From an uncultured bacterium (lineage in GTDB: Bacteria > Krumholzibacteriota > Krumholzibacteriia > Krumholzibacteriales > Krumholzibacteriaceae), in the NCBI GenBank assembly GCA_964599375.1, contig CAZREW010000002.1:119846-183845 (forward strand): DNA of 64,000 nucleotides. The letters are read 5' to 3'. Shown one piece after another: positions 47,855-57,465 of the stretch. Numbering within the stretch: position 1 is the stretch's first letter; every line of letters begins with the position of its first letter. The notes beneath the pieces were generated by a model, which was not told the DNA's origin, did no database searches, and saw nothing but the letters and a program-made list of their open reading frames with translations. Position numbers and translations under genes: made by a program.

Positions 47855-48931
47855 ATGAGGATAGCTTTTCTCGGCGACGGCTCCCTGGGACACGTCCGCA
47901 GGTGGGCGGGTTACTTCCATGAGCGGGGCCACGACGTCCTCCTGGTCTCCTTCGAGGACGTCTCGGGGTGCCCGTTCCCGGCCAGGCGCCTCAGAAAGCT
48001 GCTCCCCACAAAGCTCGCCGGTTACGCCGCCGCCCTCGGCGCGGTAAAAAAGGACCTCGCCGCCTTCGGCCCCGACATCATCAACGCGATATACGCCGGC
48101 GGGTACGGATTCATAGGAGCCCAGTCGGGTTTCCGTCCCCTTGTCATATCGACGCTAGGGTCGGACATGCTCGTCGATTACCCCTCTTCTTTCGTCCACA
48201 GGCTTCAGATCGAATACGCTCTGAGGCGCGCTTCTCTCGTCACGGCCGACTCCGCGTCACTGACAGCCAGCATCGTCCGGGCTGGCGTAGAGCCGTCCAG
48301 GATCGTCGAGATATATTTCGGCATAGATCCGTCCCTGTTCAACCTCGAAGGAAGGGCAACGCGTAGCGGGATCCCGCTCAGGATAGTCAGCACGAGAAAC
48401 CTCTACCCCGTCTACGGGCTGGAGACTCTGATAGCATCCTTCGCCGCGCTCTGCGCGAAGGCGGACGCCCTGCTCACGGTCTGCGGCGACGGGCCTGAAC
48501 GCGGCGCCCTCGAGAGGATGGTGGCCGGCCTCGGCATCGCAGGGCGGGTCACGTTCACTGGAAGACTCGAACCGTCCGGAATAGCCGACGAGCTCAGGAA
48601 GGCCGACATATACGTATCCACATCGACTTCGGACTCGACATCCGTCTCTCTTCTCGAGGCGATGGCCTGCGGCGCCGTCCCGGTCGTGACCGATCTCGAT
48701 GCCAACCGGGAGTGGATCCACGAAGGAGTCAGCGGACTTTTCTTCAGTCCGCGTGACGAAGATGGGCTTGCCGCGGCGATGCTGAGCCTCCACGAGGACC
48801 ATGTCATGGCCGAGTCGATGCGTGAAGAGGCGGCCGCGGCCGTGGCGGAGAAGGGATTGTGGCTTCCCAATATGCAAAGGGCCGAGATGGAATTCAGCCG
48901 GCTCGTCGAAGGAGGGAAAGCGCGGCGATGA
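47855..48931 (+). CDS. glycosyltransferase family 4 (GT-B, group 1)
   Basis: MRIAFLGDG... N-terminal domain, then C-terminal ...VSTSTSDSTSVSLLEAMACGAVPVVTD EX7E-like region. Start at ATG with AGGAAG upstream. Confidence 0.8.
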   Translation: MRIAFLGDGSLGHVRRWAGYFHERGHDVLLVSFEDVSGCPFPARRLRKLLPTKLAGYAAALGAVKKDLAAFGPDIINAIYAGGYGFIGAQSGFRPLVISTLGSDMLVDYPSSFVHRLQIEYALRRASLVTADSASLTASIVRAGVEPSRIVEIYFGIDPSLFNLEGRATRSGIPLRIVSTRNLYPVYGLETLIASFAALCAKADALLTVCGDGPERGALERMVAGLGIAGRVTFTGRLEPSGIADELRKADIYVSTSTSDSTSVSLLEAMACGAVPVVTDLDANREWIHEGVSGLFFSPRDEDGLAAAMLSLHEDHVMAESMREEAAAAVAEKGLWLPNMQRAEMEFSRLVEGGKARR

Positions 48932-50244
48932 GGAAGATGTTGAGAGATTCCTACCGTCAACTGCTGCGGACGGTCGCGGTTGCGCTCGTCGCGGGCATAG
49001 TCTCCGCTCTCATCGTCGCCCTCTTCGACTTCTGCCTCGAGTCGCTGATGGGGTTCTTCGGCTCTCTCCGGCCGGGGGCTTCGATGGCGCTTCCTTTCTC
49101 GGGAGCGGTCCTGGCCGGGCTGCTCATCCTCAGAAAGGTCCCGGCGGCCGGAGGCGAAGGGCTGCAGTCATATATCGACGCGGTCAACTTCAGGAATGGA
49201 AGGTTCGATTTTCTGGCGACAGTCCTGAGGTTTCCCGCTACGCTCATCACGCTCTCCATGTTCGGCAGCGGTGGCGTGGTCGGTCCACTGACCAGGATAT
49301 GCGCGGGTACTGGAAGCTGGGCGGTAGGTAAATCTGTCGGACGCACTCCGCTGCGCATGAGCGACGACTATACGGTCGGAGCGATATGCGGGGTCAGCGG
49401 CGCGATCAGCGCGATATTCCACTCTCCACTGGCGGCCGGCCTCTACGCGACCGAGGTACTGAAGCGCGAATCCATACGTTACTCCGACCTGATAGTCGCC
49501 CTGCTCTCGGCCGTCGTTTCCTATGTGACTTCCAGCATTATACTCGGCGGGGAGCGTTTCTTCATCATAGACGCCCCGAAGCTCGAGATGTCCGCCCCGC
49601 AGGTGATATGGTTCCCCGTCACCGCGCTTGCCGGCGGGCTGGTAGGGATGCTCTTCATCTACGCGTACAGGAGATCGATCGTGCTCTTCCATATGATCCC
49701 CGGGAAACAGCCGTCGCAGGCGGTCGCGGCAGCGGTCATCCTCTCGGCAGCTGCCTGGCTCGGCCTGGGATGGGTGATGAGGATATCGCCGGAACTGTAC
49801 TGGGAACTCGCCAACGGGAAAAAAAGCCTGGCGGCCTCGCTCCCTCTCGTCTCGGTCAGCATCATCCTGCCGTTCATCATGCTGATACTGCTCAAGATCC
49901 TGCTTACGGCGGTCACCATCGGATGCGGGATGAGCGCCGGGTTCACGGGCCCGCTTATTATCATAGGGATGTCGCTCGGCGCTCTGGTGAGCCTGGCTGC
50001 AGGAGCCGAGCCGGCGAGCGCGGCCTACTACGGCTATATGGCGTGCGGCATGTCCGCCCTGCTCGCGGCGACGCTCAACATACCGCTCGCGGCCATAGCG
50101 CTCACGATGACGGTTTTCGGGACAAGCTACATCCTTCCGGCGGTGACCGGGAGTTCTATCGCATTCATCACGTTCAAGGGCCACGCGATATACCAGTACC
50201 ACGATTCGGCTCCTTTACCAGGAAGCACGGGGCACAACTGGTAA
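48928..50244 (+). CDS. ClC-family voltage-gated chloride channel/transporter
   Basis: Multi-TM; CLC selectivity motifs GSGGVVGP and GFTGPLII. Start ATG overlaps the GT4 stop (ATGA). Confidence 0.8.
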   Translation: MRKMLRDSYRQLLRTVAVALVAGIVSALIVALFDFCLESLMGFFGSLRPGASMALPFSGAVLAGLLILRKVPAAGGEGLQSYIDAVNFRNGRFDFLATVLRFPATLITLSMFGSGGVVGPLTRICAGTGSWAVGKSVGRTPLRMSDDYTVGAICGVSGAISAIFHSPLAAGLYATEVLKRESIRYSDLIVALLSAVVSYVTSSIILGGERFFIIDAPKLEMSAPQVIWFPVTALAGGLVGMLFIYAYRRSIVLFHMIPGKQPSQAVAAAVILSAAAWLGLGWVMRISPELYWELANGKKSLAASLPLVSVSIILPFIMLILLKILLTAVTIGCGMSAGFTGPLIIIGMSLGALVSLAAGAEPASAAYYGYMACGMSALLAATLNIPLAAIALTMTVFGTSYILPAVTGSSIAFITFKGHAIYQYHDSAPLPGSTGHNW

Positions 50245-50578
50245 CTGCGCGTCGCCCGGCGCCCGCACATGGCGGCGATCATTCCCGGTTAGGTATTAAT
50301 ACTCACGAAGGCGGTAGTCCGCCGCACAGCCATGAGGAATATTTCCCAGGCGGAGGCCACGTCCTCTTTCCGATCGCATCCCCGGGATAGGATCACTTCA
50401 GCACATGCGACGATCGGCTTAACCCGTTAGCTCTTTAATATCAATAAGTTGCTGGGCGTAACAATATCCGCGCACGCGGCACACGGATGCTGCTGTTCCA
50501 CCCGCCCGCGGATGGAATATATCTTGTAAAGAGATGGTTGCGCGGATAAGAAAGGACTGTCCCTGGAGGGAGAAAGCT

Positions 50579-51199
50579 GTGAGTTACTGGGAAACCGAGA
50601 CGCTGATACTCAGACTCATAGCCGTCCTTTTTGTCTTCGCCCTTCTTCGCGTCTGTCGAAGAGGAAAAGAAACAGGACGGGAAACCGTGTTGTATCTAAT
50701 CGTCGTTACCGCCTCCGCCATCGTTAACTTACTTCGTACTGGCGGAGGCGGGTTTTTGATGACTGCCATCGGGGCCATGGCGGCGTTCGCCGTCTCCGCC
50801 CCGCTTCTCGCCAGTGACAGGGTCGCCATGAGGGATGTCGCCGCACCGGTGGCGGCCGGCTCCCTTCTGGGCCCGCTCGGCGGACTCGCCGCCATCTCCA
50901 TAGCCGCAGCGATCCACATCGTCCAGCGCTCCCCCGGCATCCAGCCGGCTGTGATGGACAGGATCGCTCCGCGGTTCGCCGAGCGCGGGACCTGGCCGAA
51001 GGTGTCGTGCCGATCGGTCCTCGCTGTCCTTGAGAACAGCAGGCTCAGAGGGACTCCACGGGAATGCCGGGATGGCGACTCCGACGGCGCCGCGGGACAT
51101 GACTGCGCGGACGCGCACGCCGTCATCGATATGCTGCCGTGGAGGACCTCGCTCGCCATCGCGACGCTGGCTGTGCTTATGACCGACATGTTCATCTGA
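50579..51199 (+). CDS. hypothetical membrane protein
   Basis: GTG start preceded by GGAGGGAG; hydrophobic N-terminal half. No family recognised. Antisense frames are also open, so the call is weak. Confidence 0.35.
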   Translation: MSYWETETLILRLIAVLFVFALLRVCRRGKETGRETVLYLIVVTASAIVNLLRTGGGGFLMTAIGAMAAFAVSAPLLASDRVAMRDVAAPVAAGSLLGPLGGLAAISIAAAIHIVQRSPGIQPAVMDRIAPRFAERGTWPKVSCRSVLAVLENSRLRGTPRECRDGDSDGAAGHDCADAHAVIDMLPWRTSLAIATLAVLMTDMFI

Positions 51200-51212
51200 C
51201 GGGAGGTTCGAG

Positions 51213-51560
51213 TTGGCTGTCTGGAACAGGACAAGATGCACATACCTCGGAACGACTCTTCTGACCCTGAATGAGCATTTCATGAATACGCTCAGGCACA
51301 TCAGCGATCGCGGCATCCCCGCGGACTGCGCACTCTATATCTCGCCGTGCCAGGGGATCTACACGGTCGGCATGCGCACCGCCGTAGATATCGCCTTTCT
51401 CGACGGCGAGATGCGGATCATCAGGATATTCAGGAGCTTCCCGCCCAACTGCTTCGTCGAGCCCGTCGAGGGGGCGGTGAGCGCGGTGGAGCTGCCTGCC
51501 GAGCGTCTCTCGGAGACCGGGACTTCTGTAGGGGACGTGCTCGTCATCGAACCAGGATGA
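51213..51560 (+). CDS. DUF192 family protein
   Basis: 115 aa; matches the DUF192 pattern (GMRTAVDIAFLDGEMRIIRIF ... AVELPAERLSETGTSVGDVLVIE). Confidence 0.6.
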   Translation: MAVWNRTRCTYLGTTLLTLNEHFMNTLRHISDRGIPADCALYISPCQGIYTVGMRTAVDIAFLDGEMRIIRIFRSFPPNCFVEPVEGAVSAVELPAERLSETGTSVGDVLVIEPG

Positions 51561-51646
51561 TCGGCGGCGGCTCTCTACGGAAGGACCGCCCTGTCAGCGC
51601 TTCCCGCTGTCTACTATCCCGCCGGTGTCTCCCACACGCGAGTACC

Positions 51647-52768
51647 CTACCAGTAACCCATAGCGAGATATCCTACCCAGTGTCTGTCCGTAGCGATGTT
51701 GGTCGCTCCCAGGCCGGTCCCGCCTACCGGGAGCGCGCCGGGCTCGAGGCTCGTCCCGTACCCGAAGATCCGCCCGCACGGCGCCTCGCGCCCCTCGGCG
51801 GCCGCGAGCCCTTCGAGCACGCTCAACCCGAAAGGTATCGAATAGACACCGCACCATGTCACCTTGTACGGCCACTCGAGATCGTCCCGCTCTATCCGCT
51901 CGCGGAAACCGGCGATCTTCGCTGCCGAAAGCGGCCCCTCCAGCGTCGTCCTCGCTATGTCAATATCCTGCGCGGTCGCCTTCTCGTACCCCTCGCGGCC
52001 CGTGCCGAAGGGAGCGTAATTCCTGCCGCCCCACTCCTCGTCTCCGTAGTGGACGCAGTCGGCCGATATCATCACGACGGCTCCCGTCCCGAGACTCAGC
52101 CCCTCCTGGCCGAGGACTTCGGCCAGAGCGCCGGTCATTTCCGCGACGGCGCTTTCAAACGAGTCCCCCGCGAATCTCGTCACCAGTACGGGAATGATCT
52201 CGGCTTTCACGCCCCGGTAACGCTGGATGAACGGTATGAAGGCCTCGAGCGAGTGCTCGGTGGCATGGAACGAGCCGTCGACGAGGACCATCTCCGCCGG
52301 GAGGCGCTCGATCACCTTGCCTCTGAGCGCTGAGACTGGAGTGACCCCGTAAGGCCCCTTCCATCCGCTGAAATCGTCGAATATGAGCTTCCCCTCGAGC
52401 CCGATGCGCCTCGCCCTGTGGGCAACCCCGAAGAGGACGACGAGGTCGGCCTCGAGCCTCTCGAAGGCCATCGCATAATAAGGCCCCGCGTATATATAGT
52501 CATCGTGAGGGACGATCGCCCCGATCATCGTCCCCGCGCCCGAGCACGCCGAGGGCAGCTCGAACGGAAGGGCCCCCGCGTCTATAAGTGAATCCGACAG
52601 AGCCACTATCCTTTCGACCTGAACCGGCGTCGTCGCGTATCCGACAGTGTCAGCCGGCTGGCGGACCGTGCCCTTCGTGCCGCCGGCGGCGCCGGCCGGC
52701 GGGGCGGCGAGCAGCGCGGCCGCTGTAATCAGAACCGTCTGAACGCTACTGATGACGCACCTTTTCAT
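51647..52768 (-). CDS. secreted MEMO1-family protein (AmmeMemoRadiSam system protein B-like)
   Basis: Signal peptide MKRCVISSVQTVLITAAALLAAPPAGAAGG; Memo motifs GAIVPHDDYIYAG, VLFGVAHRA, SADCVHYG. Start at ATG with AGGAGG 6 nt upstream; the track ORF extends 297 nt further. Confidence 0.6.
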   Translation of the reverse strand: MKRCVISSVQTVLITAAALLAAPPAGAAGGTKGTVRQPADTVGYATTPVQVERIVALSDSLIDAGALPFELPSACSGAGTMIGAIVPHDDYIYAGPYYAMAFERLEADLVVLFGVAHRARRIGLEGKLIFDDFSGWKGPYGVTPVSALRGKVIERLPAEMVLVDGSFHATEHSLEAFIPFIQRYRGVKAEIIPVLVTRFAGDSFESAVAEMTGALAEVLGQEGLSLGTGAVVMISADCVHYGDEEWGGRNYAPFGTGREGYEKATAQDIDIARTTLEGPLSAAKIAGFRERIERDDLEWPYKVTWCGVYSIPFGLSVLEGLAAAEGREAPCGRIFGYGTSLEPGALPVGGTGLGATNIATDRHWVGYLAMGYW

Positions 52769-52979
52769 GGCGGACCTCCTCATGACACATCTTTTCCTCG
52801 TAAATCTCCTCATCAGGTGTCTTTCATCATCGGATGATACACTAGAGAGGCCCGGCGAGACAGAAAAAGCCTGACTTTTTTCCCCGTCGTGAATATATTC
52901 ACACCTCGAAAAGGCAATGACGTGAGCTCGTGGCGGGCAGCGCCGCGGATGCCGGCGGACAGCCCCGGCCGGGGAGACT

Positions 52980-54203
52980 ATGATAAGCGGAAAGAAAAGA
53001 AGGCTTCTCGGCTCCGTATCGCTGCACCACGCCTGCAACGACGCCTCTACCGTCGTTCTGCCCACTATCTTTCCCGTACTGCTGACGCAGCAGTTTCTGA
53101 TACGCGACTACACCGATATCGGCACGACGGTCCTGATCGGACTGGCAATAGCGGTCTTCTTCCAGGCGTTCGTGGGGCATTTCGCGAAGACGCGCCATTC
53201 GAGGTACTACCTAGCCATCGACGCCCTGCTCGTCGGAGCTTCCCTGCTCCTTATGACCACGGCGACTAGCTTCTGGATGTTAGTGCTCTTCTTCATCGTT
53301 ATGAGGATGGGAACGAGCATCTACCATCCTGTCGGGGTCTCGTGGATATCGCATATATTCCGGGGAGAGCACCTCGACAGGGCGATGGGGTTCCAGAGCG
53401 CCTTCGGAAACATCGGCGTTCTGCTAGCCTTCGCATCGACCGGATTCCTCGCGCAGAATTACGGCTGGCGGGCTCCGCTCTACCTCTGGGGCGCGATCAA
53501 CCTCGTAGCCGTGACGGTCGGTCTCTACCTCTCGCGCAGCGCCTACGGGCAGGACGAGATAGACCAGCAGAAAGAGGAGGAGAAGGAGCCGGTCTCCTGG
53601 ATCAGGGCGTTCCACGGGATCAGGTCGTACATACCGATGATGATCCTCGGCGGGCTCGCCTGGGGTATCACGATCAACTACGCGCCGAGCCTGCTCAATC
53701 ACAGGCTAGGTGTGCCGATGTCCGCGACGGGGATCATCATGGGGTGCTGGATGGCCGCCGGCACGGTTTCGGCCTTCATGTACGGGAGGATCTCCGGGGG
53801 TCTCGGGAGGGCGCGGACGCTGGTGTACGCCTACGCTGCGATAGCGGCCGTGGCGTTCGTCTTCGGGCTGGGGCGCAGCGTACACCTTGTGATAGGCGCT
53901 TTTGCCGTCTTCGGCATCGCGCTGTTCCTTACGTACCCGGCCAACCTCTCCTTCATCGGAAGCTCGGTCGAGCCGCGCAGCAGGACGGCCGGATTCAGCC
54001 TCGCGTCGAACATCATGATCATCGGCAACTCGATCTTCTCGTTCTTATCGGGTGGCCTCTCCGACAGGTACGGCATCAACGCCCCCTTTCTCCTTCTGGG
54101 AGGCATGACCCTGCTCGTCCTTGCCTACCTTCTCTTCATGGTGAGGACCGGCCGGATATCGGCCGACGGATGCAAGATCGCGAAACGGGTCGGACCGCAC
54201 TGA
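52980..54203 (+). CDS. MFS transporter
   Basis: 407 aa; 12 predicted TM helices in two 6-helix halves separated by a charged loop (QQKEEEKE). Confidence 0.8.
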   Translation: MISGKKRRLLGSVSLHHACNDASTVVLPTIFPVLLTQQFLIRDYTDIGTTVLIGLAIAVFFQAFVGHFAKTRHSRYYLAIDALLVGASLLLMTTATSFWMLVLFFIVMRMGTSIYHPVGVSWISHIFRGEHLDRAMGFQSAFGNIGVLLAFASTGFLAQNYGWRAPLYLWGAINLVAVTVGLYLSRSAYGQDEIDQQKEEEKEPVSWIRAFHGIRSYIPMMILGGLAWGITINYAPSLLNHRLGVPMSATGIIMGCWMAAGTVSAFMYGRISGGLGRARTLVYAYAAIAAVAFVFGLGRSVHLVIGAFAVFGIALFLTYPANLSFIGSSVEPRSRTAGFSLASNIMIIGNSIFSFLSGGLSDRYGINAPFLLLGGMTLLVLAYLLFMVRTGRISADGCKIAKRVGPH

Positions 54204-54295
54204 GGGGCCCAGGTCGAATCCCCGCTTGACCATCGCCGTCGGCCACAAATATACTCCACATCGCGCCTTCACAATCAGACAAAGAGGAGATAATC

Positions 54296-55087
54296 ATGCA
54301 GTGGGGACTGAAGAACAGGCTGTCGAGGATATTCAATCCCGAGACGGGCCGCACGGTGATGCTGGCCGTCGACCACGGATACTTCCTCGGGCCGACGCGA
54401 AAGCTCGAGAACCCGCGCGAGACCATTTCGCCGCTTATCCCTTACGCCGACGCCCTGATGCTCACAAGAGGCGTCCTTCGAAACTGCGTAGATCCAGAGT
54501 CCCGCATACCGACGGTGCTGCGGGTCTCCGGCGGCGTGAGCATCGTCGGCCCGTCGCTCGCCGACGAGGGGCTGACCACCTCGTTCGAGGACGCGATCAG
54601 GCTTAACGTCTCGGCGGTGACGATGTCGATATTCGTCGGCACCGACCACGAGCGCGAGACTCTGCTCAACCTCGCCGAGCTGGTCGACCAGGGAGAGACG
54701 TACGGGATCCCCGTGCTCGCCGTCACCGCCGTAGGAAAGGAGCTCGAGAAGAGGGACGCGCGGTTCCTCTCCCTCTGCTGCCGGATCGCCGCCGAGATAG
54801 GCGCACACTACGTGAAGACATACTACTGCGAAGATTTCGAGAAGGTCGCAGAGAGCTGCCCCGTGCCGGTCGTAATCGCCGGCGGGCCGCAGCTCGACTC
54901 GTTCAGGGACACCCTTCAGCTCGCGCACGACGCGATCTCGAGAGGAGCGCGCGGTGTCGATATGGGACGAAACATCTGGCAGGACGAGCACCCCGTGGCG
55001 GCGATAAGATCGGTCCGCGGCGTGGTCCAGGAGAACATGCCGGTCGACGAGGCCTTCAAGCTCTACAAGAGTATCGCCGGCAAGTGA
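54296..55087 (+). CDS. class I aldolase, DhnA / LsrF / ADH-synthase (AroA') family
   Basis: 263 aa; MQWGLKNRLSRIFNPETGRTVMLAVDHGYFLGP N-terminus and HYVKTYY Schiff-base lysine region, characteristic of this family. Confidence 0.8.
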   Translation: MQWGLKNRLSRIFNPETGRTVMLAVDHGYFLGPTRKLENPRETISPLIPYADALMLTRGVLRNCVDPESRIPTVLRVSGGVSIVGPSLADEGLTTSFEDAIRLNVSAVTMSIFVGTDHERETLLNLAELVDQGETYGIPVLAVTAVGKELEKRDARFLSLCCRIAAEIGAHYVKTYYCEDFEKVAESCPVPVVIAGGPQLDSFRDTLQLAHDAISRGARGVDMGRNIWQDEHPVAAIRSVRGVVQENMPVDEAFKLYKSIAGK

Positions 55088-55150
55088 CGGGACTGTCACA
55101 CATGCACCGCGATCCGGGTGCCCCGCGCTGAAAGGGACGCGATCTGGCAG

Positions 55151-56176
55151 ATGAGAGCAGCCGTTTACTATAACAACAACGACATCCGCATCGAGGAGAT
55201 GCCGGTGCCGAAGATCGGCCCCGGCGAGATCCTTGTGCGCATAGAGTCGAGCGGCATCTGCGGCAGCGACGTGATGGAATGGTACCGCGTGAAGAAGGCC
55301 CCGCTCGTCCTCGGTCACGAGATCGCCGGCACGGTCGAGAAGGTCGGCGCCGACGTCGACTGGCTGGTGCCGGGACAGAGGGTCTCAGTCGCCCACCACA
55401 TCCCCTGCGGGGAATGCCGCTACTGCCTCGCCGGGAAATACTCGCTCTGCGATACGCTGCGCACAACGAACTTCGACCCGGGCGGATTCGCCGAGTTCGT
55501 CCGTGTGCCCGAGATGAACGTCGAGAAGGGGACCTTCGTCATCCCGGACTCCCTCTCGTTTGACACGGCCGCCTTCATCGAGCCTCTCGCCTGTGTCGTG
55601 CGCGGGCTGCACGTCGCGCGGTTCAGGGAAGGAAGCGATGTCCTCGTACTCGGCAGCGGGATATCAGGGCTCCTGTTCATCAAGCTTCTCAGGGCCAGGG
55701 GGGCGGGAAGGATAGTCGCGACCGACATCGACCCGGTCAGGCTGAAAGCGGCTGAACGTATGGGAGCTGATGAAGCCATCGCGGCAAAAGAGGCGACGCC
55801 GGGCAGGCTGAAAAAGATCGACGGGGGGCGCCTCTTCGACCTTGCGATAACATGCGCCGGAGTAGAGCCGGTCGTACTGCAGGCGCTGCGCTCGGTCGAC
55901 CGAGGCGCGACAGTCCTGCTCTTCGCGCCGCTGGCGCCGGGCGTCGAGATCGCGATGCCTTTTTTCGACATATGGCGCGACCAGATAACGATCGTATCGA
56001 CGTACGCCGGCCCGCCCGGCGACTCCCGCGAGGCGATCGAGCTGCTCGCCTCGGGAAAGATCGAGGTCGAGGACATGATCACACACCGGCTGCCCCTCGA
56101 CAGGACGGCCGAAGGATTCAGGCTGGTGGCGGAAGGCTCCGAGTCGATAAAGGTGATCATCAAGCCGAGAGGATGA
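55151..56176 (+). CDS. zinc-dependent medium-chain alcohol dehydrogenase (threonine/sorbitol dehydrogenase-like)
   Basis: GHEIAGTVEKVG, structural zinc CGECRYCLAGKYSLC, Rossmann VLVLGSGISG. Start at MRAAVYY. Confidence 0.85.
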   Translation: MRAAVYYNNNDIRIEEMPVPKIGPGEILVRIESSGICGSDVMEWYRVKKAPLVLGHEIAGTVEKVGADVDWLVPGQRVSVAHHIPCGECRYCLAGKYSLCDTLRTTNFDPGGFAEFVRVPEMNVEKGTFVIPDSLSFDTAAFIEPLACVVRGLHVARFREGSDVLVLGSGISGLLFIKLLRARGAGRIVATDIDPVRLKAAERMGADEAIAAKEATPGRLKKIDGGRLFDLAITCAGVEPVVLQALRSVDRGATVLLFAPLAPGVEIAMPFFDIWRDQITIVSTYAGPPGDSREAIELLASGKIEVEDMITHRLPLDRTAEGFRLVAEGSESIKVIIKPRG

Positions 56177-56298
56177 TAGCGGACGTAAGGCTACCGTCAG
56201 ATCCCGGGCCCGGGGACGGACGCCGAACTGCACCGATAGATGAGGATCGAAGCGGATAGACAGACACGCTGATAGACACTTATCAATGGAGGTGTACG

Positions 56299-56847
56299 GT
56301 GATGAGAATAACGAGGCCGGTCCAGGCATCGGGCGCGGCAGCCGCTCTTGTCCTTGCAATCTGCCTCTTTCCATCATGCGGCGGAGGGGACGTAGCGGGC
56401 GGCGGAGAGGTCATAAAGAGGCTCCCCGTCGATTCCTCCACCGAGGTGATAGCAACGAAAAACGTATCGACCGACAGCGAGGTCTCCCGCGACGGTAAAG
56501 GGTCCCTGAGGATAGACGTAAGGGGCACTCAGACTCTTCCCCTCTACAGGTTCGGAGACATCGACCTCGAGAGCGCTTTCCTCGTCTACCAGGCGGCGGT
56601 CCGCACGGAAAACCTGGAGGGCGAGACCTTTCTCGAGATGAAGTGCTTCTTCCAGTCGAAGGGCGAGTTCTTCTCCCGCAACTACGACTCGGCCCTCTCG
56701 GGGACGAACGACTGGACGGTCATGAGCACACCGTTCAAGCTCCGTGCCGGGGAGGACCCGGACGTAGTCGAGTTGAACATCTTCGTCAGCGGCACCGGTA
56801 CTGTCTGGATAGACGAGATCAGGCTTCTCAAGCGACCACTGGAGTAA
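56299..56847 (+). CDS. hypothetical lipoprotein
   Basis: Signal peptide with lipobox LFPSCGGG; 182 aa; no family recognised. Confidence 0.6.
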   Translation: MMRITRPVQASGAAAALVLAICLFPSCGGGDVAGGGEVIKRLPVDSSTEVIATKNVSTDSEVSRDGKGSLRIDVRGTQTLPLYRFGDIDLESAFLVYQAAVRTENLEGETFLEMKCFFQSKGEFFSRNYDSALSGTNDWTVMSTPFKLRAGEDPDVVELNIFVSGTGTVWIDEIRLLKRPLE

Positions 56848-56961
56848 TCACGGTCAGGAGCGCGGTCCCGGCGCCGGGACTGCGTAAATACACACTTCAA
56901 GGACATCTTCACGAACTCGTCCACTCCTGGCGCCGGGAGTGGATCTTATCACGTGGCACCA

Positions 56962-56990
56962 TTTTTACCGCCACCGGTGGCGGTAAAAAA
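56962..56990. terminator. perfect 28-bp palindrome TTTTTACCGCCACCGGTGGCGGTAAAAA (bidirectional terminator-like)
   Basis: Seen in sequence. Two other palindromes lie nearby: GTCCCGGCGCCGGGAC at 56866-56881 and CCACTCC...GGAGTGG. Confidence 0.5.
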
Positions 56991-57251
56991 CCATCCATCC
57001 GGCATGGGCCCGCGAAACACCTGAATATCCCTGACCTCCGCCGTGTACCTGCATACGAAGGTCGTACGTGACGCGGGCGGCGAGACAGCACCTCCCGAAA
57101 CAAACCTGGCCGCTCGGCGTATATACGGATAGGACCTGACCCGTACTCTGATGGGGCCCGGCATGGCGGGCGTGCGGTGATGGAGGGACGCGGGGCGGCA
57201 CGCCCATGACCTGTGGAGCCGCCCCGGTTTTTCTCAAGGACGGTGAGGAAG

Positions 57252-57440
57252 ATGACCGGTTTCCTGCTCTGGTGCATACTGTTCGCGATCTGCTGGCCGC
57301 TTGCCCTCCTGATCGCAGTGCTTATACCGCTGGTGTGGCTGATCGTGCTCCCCTTCAGGATCGCCTTCGCGGTCGCCGGCTGGATGCTCGGCCTCGTGTT
57401 CGGAATACTTCTGCTCCCGTTCAGGCTGATAGCGAGGTAA
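57252..57440 (+). CDS. hypothetical small membrane protein (62 aa, two TM helices)
   Basis: Highly hydrophobic ORF with high GC3; preceded by a hairpin plus T-run (57191-57236). Confidence 0.45.
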   Translation: MTGFLLWCILFAICWPLALLIAVLIPLVWLIVLPFRIAFAVAGWMLGLVFGILLLPFRLIAR

Positions 57441-57465
57441 TGGCTACGACGGTCACGCCCGTCTG

